Assembly (NCBI GenBank): GCA_964016885.1
Contig: OZ024757.1
Coordinates: 36,828,001-36,892,000 of the forward strand
Direction of reading: 5' to 3'
Source of the DNA: Eledone cirrhosa
Lineage: Eukaryota
Length of the DNA stretch: 64,000 nucleotides
The notes under the pieces are model-generated. The model searched no databases and was not told where the DNA came from. It was given only the letters and a program-made list of their open reading frames with translations. Below are positions 52,881-64,000 of the stretch, piece after piece; within the stretch, counting starts at the first letter, position 1, and each line of letters opens with the position of its first letter. A program made the position numbers and the translations under genes.

Positions 52881-53689
52881 ACTAATAGTACAGCTAACCT
52901 AACCCTGAACCATGAAATTATACCATTTTACTACACATTACATATCGATAACGATTATTTCCCCTTTTTACAATCACTGTCATCATCACCGACACCACTA
53001 ACAACAACAACAATATCTCTACCATTAGCAACCCCACACAACCACCACCACAATCCATAAATCAATCATTTATACCATCACAACCACCACCCTCACCACC
53101 ACCACCACCACCATCACTATCACCACAATCTATCATCACCACAACCTCACCACCACCATCCCTACTATTAGCAACCCCACACAACCACCACCATCACCAT
53201 CACCACAATCTATCTATCATCACCACCCCACCACCACCACCACCACCACCACCACCATCCACTATCAATCACCATCATCAATATCAACAACAACCATCGA
53301 TCAACCACTATCACCTCACATCTGTAATTTTGCCAAAATATTTAAATAATCGAAAAGCAAATAAATAAATATATAAATAAATAAATCGATTTAAAAAACC
53401 GGAAATAAAATAAAAAATTATGTAAATATAACAAACTCTCTTATTTAAAATATAAATATGTTGGAAATTCTCTTTCCTTGTCTTCACACACACACACATA
53501 TATACACATATACACACATATACATACATACAAACACACACATACATACACACCCACAAACACACGCATGCATGCACACATACAAACACACAGAAGCACC
53601 CACACACACACTCTAACTTTCTCTTTCCCTCTCTCTCTCACACAACCACACTCTCTATCTTTCACTTTCTTTCTCTCTCACACACACAC

Positions 53690-54530
53690 ACATACACATA
53701 CAATGACACACTCTCTCTATCTTCCCCTCTCACACATACACATACATAGACACACTCTCTCTATCTTTCCCTCTCACACACACATACATACACATACATA
53801 GATACACTCTCTATCTTTCCTCTCACACACATACATAGACACACTCTCTCTATCTTTCCCTCTTACACACACACACATACACATACATAGACACACTCTC
53901 TCTATCTTCCCCTCTCTCACACACATACACATACACAGACACACTCTCTCTATCTTTCCTCACACACACACACATACACATACATAGATACACTCTCTCT
54001 ATCTTTCCTCACACACACACACATACACATACATAGACACACTCTCTCTATCTTTCCCTCTCTCACACACACATACACAGACACACTCTCTCTATCTTTC
54101 CTCACACACACATACACATACATAGATACACTCTCTCTATCTTTCCTCACACATACACATACATAGACACACTCTCTCTATCTTTCCCTCTCACACACAT
54201 ACACATACACAGACACTCTCTCTATCTTTCCCTCTCACACACACACACACACACATATAGACACACTCTCTCTATCTTTCCCTCTTACACACACATACAC
54301 ATACATAGACACACTCTCTCTATCTGTCCCTCTCACACACACACATACATAGACACACTCTCTCTATCTTTCCCTCTTACACACACACACATAGACACAC
54401 TCTCTCTATCTTTCCCTCTTACACACACACACATAGACACACTCTCTCTATCTTCCCCTCTTACACACATACATACACATACATAGACACACTCTCTCTA
54501 TCTTTCCCTCTTACACACATACACACTCTT
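53690..54530. repeat. Compound minisatellite (cacacatacatagacacactctctctatctttccct)
   Basis: About 18 copies. Confidence 0.9.
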
Positions 54531-54956
54531 CCTCTACCCCCCCCCCCCCCCCCCACTTTCACCAATAGCTATGTACAAATGTCTTTTTATTTAAACAGTC
54601 CTGTAGTTTTTTTGGGCTGTTTTTCTTTTGCTTTTGTTTCTTATTCCCTTTGACCTGTCCATTTTTCTTTCTGAGGAAGTTTTATGAGAACCAGGTAAAA
54701 ATTTCCATAAAATACAGGTATGATATTCTCACCTGAAATAGATAATAAACCTGTTCAGTAAATAAGTTTGGGGGTTATTGTCAGCTCTTAAGACATTGAT
54801 TTTCAAATCTATTTTTATGTAAAAAAAAAATATATATATATATATATATAAAAAAGAAAGAAAAAAATAACAAAGAAAAAATAATTAAGAAAGACTAAAT
54901 TAAACAGGCTAATTAGCTTGACTACAGTAATAATTGTGTGTATATATATGTATATA

Positions 54957-55047
<91 letters not shown>

Positions 55048-55169
55048 ATGTATATATATGTGTGTGTGCATGTATGTGTGAGTGTATGTATGTGTGTGTG
55101 TTTATACATACATATATACACACACCTTATTATTGTAGTCAACCTATATATATATATGTATGTATAGAA

Positions 55170-55430
55170 ATAGTCGGGCTGGATACCGATCGCGCAGTTA
55201 AACCAGTGGGAGTGAAGGACCCCTAGCCTTTGTCAGGGCATTCTTCTAGGAGAAGGCAACTCAGGAAACTGGGATAACTCCGATATAAAACCTGCGGCTC
55301 AGTAGTTACCGATGATGTTGATCTTTTCTTCTTTTCGGGTTATAGCTACTGTCGCTCAGAGAGTGGGATTGGCTCAGTGCACAGTCTTTCCTCACTTTAA
55401 AAAATATCTTCATGCACAGGCATTGCACGA
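55170..55430 (+). mobile_element. RTE-type 5' UTR-like fragment
   Basis: Homologous to 85-300 in reverse orientation. Confidence 0.5.
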
Positions 55431-55882
55431 TAGAATTAATTAATAATTATTAATAATGGTGTATCGTGCAATGGCCATACTCGATAACGAGGGGGCAGCC
55501 GTCATATATATATATATATATATTTATACAACATATGCTAGTGTGGAAAATGGACGTTAAATGATGATGATGATATACACGCATACTTAGACATACATTC
55601 ATAGACACACTTACACACACACACACACACATATATATATACATACATACATACACACATATACATAAACACACATACATACACACATACTTAGACACAT
55701 ACATATATATATATACATACATTCTGTATATCTAGTGAGAGCAGCTGTCTTAATCCTTGAAGTGTTACAGAATGGTGAGGGTTAAGTTTAAGTGAAGGCT
55801 GTGGATTCAAGATGGTCGACAGGTTAACAAGTTCCCTTTGCAATCATTAGGTCCTAGCTTCAATCCCAGCTCATGTTATAAT

Positions 55883-56520
55883 AATTGTTTCTACTGTAGG
55901 CACAAGGCCAACAATTCGAAGGAGAGGGGATATTCGATTAAATCGAGTCCAGTGTATTACTGGTACTTTATTTTATCGACCTTGTAAGGATGAAATGCAA
56001 AGTTAACCTCGGCGTGATTTGAACTCAGATCATAAAGGGCCGTAACTCTATGCTGGAAAGCATGTCCAACCCTCCACCGATACTGCTAATTCATCACCCT
56101 ATAATAAAATAATAATAATAATAATTGTTTCTACTGTAGGCTCAAGGCCAACAATTCGAAGGAGAGGGGTAAGTCGATTAAATCAACTCCAGTGTATTAC
56201 TGGTACTTTATTTTATCAACCTCGAAAGGATAAAACACAAACTTAACCTCAGCGGGATTTGAACTGAGACCATAAAGGGCCGTAACTCTATGCTGCAGAG
56301 CATGGTGTCTGACCCTCTACCGATACTGCCAATTCACCAATAATAATAATGATAATTGTTTCTACTTTTGGCACAAGGCCAGCAATTACCCCAGTGTATT
56401 ACTGGTACTTTATTTTATCGACACCTTAAGGATGAAGGGCAAAGTTAACCTCAGCAGGAATTGAACTCACACTGTAAAGGGACGTAACTCTATGCTGCAA
56501 AGCATGGTGACCGACTTGGA
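55883..56520 (-). mobile_element. Three tandem SINEs (Meta-domain-like family)
   Basis: Each starts at (AAT)n-tgtttctact. Confidence 0.85.
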
Positions 56521-57416
56521 GATCCATTTGTAGGTGAAGGTTAAGGTCGAGGTGGTGGTGGAGTGTTTGTGGTAGTGAATGGGAGGGAGAGGGAGGCGAA
56601 GTGGGGTGGGGGTCGTAGAGGGGTGTCCCTCTCTCAATGACAACACTTTGTCTTTCCAGAAATATCCGATATGTCAATGGCTTCAACCTTCCGTTGGTAA
56701 TCCAAAGCCAAGAAGATTTCTACCAAAATAGAATCATCCATTGAACACAAGAGACGGCGGTGGGAGGGGGGGGGATAAAGCGATGATGGTGGAGATGGTG
56801 GGGATAGTGATGCTGGCAGTAATGTTAGTGATGGTGGTTGTGGTGATGGTGGAGGTGGTGGTGGAGATGGTGGGGATAGTGATGCTGGCAGTAATGTTAG
56901 TGATGGTGATGGTGGAGATGGTGGTGGTTGTGATGGTGGGGATGGTGGTTATAGTGTCGGTGGCGATGGTGGTGGTGGTGGTGGTGATGGTGGGGATAGT
57001 GATGCTGGCAGTAATGTTATTGATGGTGGTTGTGGTGATGGTGGAGGTGGTGGTGGGGATAGTGATGGTGGAGGTGGTGGTGGCGATGGTGGTTATAGCG
57101 TTGGTGGCGATGGTGGGAGTGGGGATGGTGGCGGCGGCGATGGCGATGGTAATGTTGGTGGTGAAGGTGGTTGATAGAAGGATACAAGGTAGAGAACGAA
57201 TGGTGGAGGGTAGGTGGGTGAGAGGAAAGGGTGGGGTGGGGGGAAGAGGTTAGGGTGATTGACAAACTGAGGTAGAGAGGGTGGTAGGGAGAGAGAAGAA
57301 GAGGAGGAGGAGAAAGAAAGAGTTGAGATCTGTGTGAGAGAGAGAGAGAGAGAGTGTAATAATGAGTGAAAGAGAGAGATCGAAAGGGAGAGTAGAAAAG
57401 AGAAGAGACAGAGAGA

Positions 57417-58028
57417 GTATGTGTGTATGTATGTGTGTGTATGTATGTATGTGTGTATGTATGTATGATGTGTGTATGTATATATGTATGTGTGTATGTG
57501 TGTGTGTATGTGTAGGTATGTGTGTGTGTATGTGTAGGTATGTATGTGTGTATGTATGTGGGTATGTGTGTATGTATGTGTGTGTGTATGTATGTGTAGG
57601 TATGTATGTGGGTATGTATGTATGTAGGTATGTACGTATGTATGTATGTGTGTGTATGTGTGTGTGTATGTGTGTATGTATGTATGTATGTAGGTATGTA
57701 TGTATGTAGGTATGTATGTGTGTATGTATGTGGGTATGTATGTGTGTGTGTATGTATGTATGTAGGTATGTATGTGTGTATGTATGTGGGTATGTGTGTA
57801 TGTATGTATGTATGTAGGTATGTATGTGTGTATGTATGTGGGTATGTATGTGTGTATGTGTGTATGTATGTGGGTATGTATGTGTGTGTGTATGTATGTA
57901 TGTAGGTATGTATGTGTGTATGTATGTGGGTATGTATGTGTGTGTGTATGTATGTATGTATGTAGGTATGTATGTGTGTATGTATGTGGGTATGTATGTG
58001 TGTATGTATGTGTGTGTGTGTGAGTGTG
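57417..58028. repeat. (TATG/TG)n microsatellite
   Basis: Seen directly. Confidence 0.95.
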
Positions 58029-58454
58029 TCAAAGCTTTGAATTTGAGAAGCATGAGAGGTGTGGAGAGGTGGAGCGGGTGGCAAGTGGGTGGAAGGGAGG
58101 GGTTTGGAGGGGGTGGATGGGTGAAGCTGAAAATTTGGCATAGTGGTGAGTGTGTGGGGTGGGGGTGGAAAGAGGTGAGATAGCGTCTGCAATGCGAGTA
58201 GAAGAATAACACAACAGAACAACAACAGTTGGTTCGATCCAGAGAGATCGAAGGCACAGAGAGTGTTTCTCTCTCTCTCTTTCTTTCTCTCCATCTCTCC
58301 CTGCAACAGTTGTTGTTGCTGTGATCTTCTTGTGATGGAGGAATATACAGTTCGAATTGTGTAAACCAGGCAGGAATTACGCAAAAAATCTGACCTGACC
58401 ATTATTGCTTGCTGCCAAACTACGGCGTATAATAATAATAATTATTATTATTAT

Positions 58455-58923
58455 TGTTTCTTTATTATTGGCCACAAGGGTCGAATATAGGGGACCATAC
58501 GAAGACGGGGACAGTGGGGGATTACATGAAATCGAGTAAAAAAAAAATAAAAAAGATTAACAAAAAAATTTTTTTTAATTTTATTTATAAATTAACAAAA
58601 TAAAATTAAAAAAATTGACAAAAAAATTAATTTAAAAAATTAACAAAAAAATTAAAATTTTTTTAAAAATCAACAATAAAAAATTGTTTCTACTTTTGGC
58701 ACAAGGCCAGCAATTACCCAGTGTATTACTGGTACTTTATTTTTTCGACCCCGTAAGGATGAAAGACAAAGCTAACCAATAAATAACAATTGTTTTTAGT
58801 TTAAGCACAAGGGGAGGAGGGAAATTCGATTAAATCGACTCCAGTGCATTACTGGTACTTTATTTTATCGACTCCCATAAACATGAAAAGCAAAGCTAAC
58901 CTCGGCCTTGGTGATATTTGAAC

Positions 58924-58960
<37 letters not shown>

Positions 58961-59300
58961 GCTTCTACTTTTAGCACAAGGCCAGCAATTACCCAGTACA
59001 TTACTGGTACTTTATTTTATCGACCCCGTTAGAATGAAAGGCAAAGTTAACCTCGGCGGGATTTAATGATGATTTCTTTATTAGCCACACAGGGCTTACA
59101 TTAAGGAGACATTAAAGACGGTACGGTAATAATAATGGTTTCTTTATTCACCACAAAGGGTTTACAAGGGACCCCTTTATGGTGAATAATAATAAAAATA
59201 ATAATAAATAGGTTTCAGTTTAGGCAGGAGGCCAACGATTTGAAGGGATGGGGGGGGGGGTCAATTAAATCGACCTCAGTGCTTGACTGTTGGTACTTAA
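58455..59300 (-). mobile_element. Cluster of SINE 3' halves and Tx1-like 3' tips in (AAT)n/(ATG)n
   Basis: tttctttattagccac.. is the reverse complement of the LINE end at 8730-8747; SINE fragments at 58683, 58790, 58960 and 59210. Confidence 0.7.
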
Positions 59301-60066
59301 TGTTAAACTCAGTCCCTCACCCACCCCTACCATCGCCATCATCATCATCACCACCATCACCACCATCACCACCATCACCATCATCCTTCTCTTATCCGAA
59401 GAACTGAAAAGAAAGCAGCATCGTTTTTGGAAGTACGACGTAGACTAAACTGGAAAATTTATCAACGACGACAACAACAACAAGGCCATCATTATCATCA
59501 TCATCATCAAGATCATCATCAAGATCATCATCATCATCATCATCACTGTGATCAACGTTATAGCAGTAATAACAACAATAACAACACTATCATTGTCAAA
59601 ACAACAACGCCAACATCATCATCATCATCATCATCATCAATATTATAGCCACAACAATAACAACACCACCATCATCATCATCGTTGTTATCAATGTAATA
59701 GAATGAACAACAATAACAACACCATCATCATCACCATCGTTGTCAAAACACCAACAACAACATTATCATCATCATCATCATCATCACCATCACCATCACT
59801 GTCATCAACGTTATAGCAGCAACAACAACAATAACAACACCAACGCCACCACCACCAACAGCAACAACCACAACAACCACAACAGTAACAACACCAACAC
59901 CATCATCATCATCATCAGTAGTAGTAGTAGTAGTAGTAGTAGTAGCAGCAGCAACAGCACCCCTATGAAGGATGTTTGGTTGGTTCTTCATCTTGTATTG
60001 AATGGAATCAATAATAATTGACTGCTACTGTCTTTAACAACAACAACAACAACAGCAACAACAACA

Positions 60067-60101
<35 letters not shown>

Positions 60102-60439
60102 AAGAAACAACAAGAAAACGAAAACGAAAAAAAGATTAAAAAAAAACAAGAAAAAGACAAAACAAAATACAAAAATAAAAACAATACAAAAAAAAAACCC
60201 TTTAAAGAAACAAAATAATTTGTCTATAAAACAACCAACAACTAAACCATATAAATACAACAAACATATATAAACCATATAGAACCAATATATATATATA
60301 TATATATAACTAAATATAAAAAAATGAAAAATAAAATGAAATATATGCCATATATAAAATAATACATACATACATATACAAAACAACATATACATACACA
60401 CATACAAAAAAAAAAATAACACATACATACACACAGGCA

Positions 60440-60695
60440 AAAAATAATATATACACAGAGATACAAAAATAACATATACATACATACACAGAAAATAACA
60501 GAAAATAACATATACACACAGAGAAAATAGCATATACATACATAAACAGAAAATAACATATACATACACAGAGAAAATAACATATACATACATAAACAGA
60601 AAATAACATATACATACACACACAGAAAATAACATATACATACACACACAGAAAATAACATACATACACACAGAGAAAAATAACATATACATACA
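60440..60695. repeat. Minisatellite, ~24-26-bp unit (gaaaataacatatacatacaca)
   Basis: About 10 copies. Confidence 0.88.
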
Positions 60696-60832
60696 CACAC
60701 ACAATATACATACACTCCGACACCAAAAATCACAGTAAAAGACCGGATTATCTTTCGCAGAGATGTGTTGAAATTTTGTTATTGAAATGGAGTTGATATT
60801 ACCACACTAACGATGGCTGGATAATAACTGTT

Positions 60833-60942
<110 letters not shown>

Positions 60943-61224
60943 CTATGGACTGAGTGCTCTTACTCTTGGATATTTTTACCAAATTTGTACTACAGTATAT
61001 ATATATATATATATATAGTTGGTAAATGAAACAAACTACACACAGGAGACAATTTTTACACAGTTATATTAGATTCACGCTTGGTAGAAATGGAGTTACA
61101 CCTGTATATCACTGTATGTCACTGTTGTAACTAATTACACCCTTGGATATTTTTACCAAATTTGTACTACAGTCTATATATATATATGTGTGTGTATATA
61201 TGAAGTAATAATTTATTACATAAC

Positions 61225-61259
<35 letters not shown>

Positions 61260-61499
61260 TCGCATCAACTGGTGCTGGGAAATTCTGACTAATTTGGATT
61301 CATTCTCGCTGGTTCTTCCGATTCTTCTACTATATAACAATGAAAACATGATCAATATTCTATCAAGACAACAACCCTTCTTGGGTTCTTAAAAAAGGAA
61401 CCGGATAGTTTATTATTAGTTAAAGGGGGCTGGGTTTAAAAAAAAAAATACAAGCAACAGAAAAAAAAAGAAAAAAAAACCTGAGGGTCTCCCTGGTGT

Positions 61500-62012
61500 T
61501 ACCACCACTAACACCACCAACACCACCACTAACACCAACACCAACACCAACACCAACACCATCATCAACACCAACACAACCACAACCAACACAACCACCA
61601 ACACCAACACCATCATCAACACCAACACAACCACCATCATCAACACCAACACAACCACAACCAACACAACCACCAACACCAACATCAACACCAACACAAC
61701 CAACACAACCACCAACACCAACACCATCATCAACACCAACACCAACACCATCATCAACACCAACACAACCACCAACACAACCACCAACACCAACACCATC
61801 ATCAACACCAACACAACCACTAACACCAACACCAACACCAACAGCAACACCAACACCATCATCAATAACAATACCAACACCACCACCATCATTAACACCA
61901 ACACCACCACCAACAACACCACTTCAAGATCAACATCAAAACCACCACCACCAACATCAACAACAACAATAACAACACAGCACCACCACCACCACCACCA
62001 CCACCACCAACA
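61500..62012. repeat. (CCA/ACACCA)n tract
   Basis: Seen directly. Confidence 0.93.
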
Positions 62013-62341
62013 TCATAAAGGAGTGATTTGGGGGTTTGTTACATATATACATATATATATGTATATATATATGTTCTATAGTGACTGGCAGGCTGGGTTA
62101 TGTAAAACGTAAATGGTAGGTGTTTAGCTTGGAAACAACACAGGCAGTTGTTGCCATTGGTAAATATTTACAGTATTGACATCAACAACTACTACAACAT
62201 CAGCCTTGACAACATCAACATTACAACAGTAACAGCATAACAACTACACCAACATAACAAAAACTGTAACTGCAGCACAACAGTAACATCAACATAACAG
62301 CATAACAACAACACCAACATAACTAAAACTGTAGCAGCAAC

Positions 62342-62587
62342 ACAACAGTAACATCAACATAACAACAGATGTGACAGTACCGCAACAGTGACATCAACAT
62401 AACAACAGATGTGACAGTACCACAACAGTGACATCAACATAACAACAGATGTGACAGTACCACAACAGTGACATCAACATAACAACAGATGTGACAGTAC
62501 CACAACAGTGACATCAACATAACAACAGATGTGACAGTACCACAACAGTGACATCAACATAACAACAGATGTGACAGCAACATAACA
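62342..62587. repeat. 40-bp near-perfect minisatellite (gtgacatcaacataacaacagatgtgacagtaccacaaca)
   Basis: Period 40 (62388, 62428, 62468, ...). Confidence 0.93.
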
Positions 62588-62647
62588 CTAATTATCAAGA
62601 TTGATGACATCACCACCATCACTACTAACAACAACACTACCAGCATC

Positions 62648-62678
<31 letters not shown>

Positions 62679-62974
62679 CTACCATCACTACCACCATCAC
62701 CATCACGACCAACAACACTACCACCATCACCAGCGCCAACAACAACAACACCACCACCACCACCACAATCACTACCACCACCACCACCACCACCATTACA
62801 ATAATCATCATCATCATTGTAGTCACTATTACTGAACTGCAAACATATAGCTATACCACAACAACAACAACAACAACAACAACATCATCATCAACAGCAT
62901 AAACAACAACGACAACACTACTGTTGGATCTCTTCATATAATAGTAATAATAATGACACCACCCCGCCACCGCC

Positions 62975-63008
<34 letters not shown>

Positions 63009-63358
63009 TTGTCACACTACGTAGTCGGTAGACACACGGCAGCAACAATAACATCAACATCATCAACAACAATAACATAGTATATAAAGTACTCTATATA
63101 TATATCTTCTACTCTCTCTCTCTCACACACAGACGCACGCACGCACGCACACATACATACATACACACACACACACAGTTCCCCCTTCCTCTCTCTATAC
63201 ATATAGACACGTTCACGCACCTGTTCATATATTATCTCCCTTTGTCAATTTAGTTATCTCTCTGTTTATTTATCAGTCCGTCTGTCGCTTTGTCTATCTC
63301 TCTCTCTATATCTATCTATCTGTCTCTCTCTCTCTCTATATATATATCTATCTATCTG

Positions 63359-63455
<97 letters not shown>

Positions 63456-63843
63456 TATCGGTCTATCTGTCTATTTACCTATCTATATACATAAACATAG
63501 TTATTTATCTATCTACCCCCCCTCTTTCTTTCTCTCTATCTCTTTCCCTCTCTGTCACTCAGTCGAAATCTATCTATCTATCTATCTATCTACCTATCTA
63601 CCTATCCTCCTACAAACTTGATTTTCATTCGGGTCAAGAGATAGAGCGGGGGGAGACAGAGAGAGAAAGAGAGAGAGAGGGGGCGGTGTGTTGGAGGAGA
63701 AGGAAGAGGAGTGAGAAAGTGTATGTGTGTGTGAGGTCGAGTGAGTAAGTGTGTGCAAGTGTGTGTGTGTCTTACAGGTGAAACAGAAGTGAAACTAACA
63801 TTTAGGAAGGACGACACTTAATATGTAAATATATACACACATA

Positions 63844-63957
<114 letters not shown>

Positions 63958-64000
63958 AAATAAGAGGAAAGCAGTTGTCTTCTGGAGATTATGGACATTT

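Noticed and set aside
57017-58402. 461-aa ORF and the other YI/HT/CV-rich ORFs
   Set aside because: Translations of microsatellites.
58270-58420. Strong-looking splice acceptor
   Set aside because: The pyrimidine tract is a (CT)n microsatellite and all three downstream frames stop early.

Overview
AT-rich, microsatellite-saturated animal DNA with no recognisable host protein-coding gene; almost all listed ORFs are translations of (TA)n, (CA)n, (CCA)n or (GAT)n tracts. The repeat set (tRNA-derived SINEs, RTE LINE 3' ends with (ATG)n tails, a Tx1/L1-clade 3' end, TA- and TTAA-flanked MITEs) suggests an octopus or other coleoid cephalopod intron/intergenic region (inference). The main discovery is a dense set of type I hammerhead ribozyme (HHR) motifs from several unrelated sequence families. 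They sit in short non-coding elements embedded in (TA)n tracts and are often arranged as inverted repeats, as expected for Penelope-like pseudo-LTRs or retrozyme-like elements. Five motifs with complete cores lie within 30.7-32.5 kb, including a 133-bp-arm palindrome carrying one HHR per strand whose two differences form a compensatory base pair. A degenerate HDV-like fold may lie at an RTE 5' end. All folds were assigned by eye and activity is untested.
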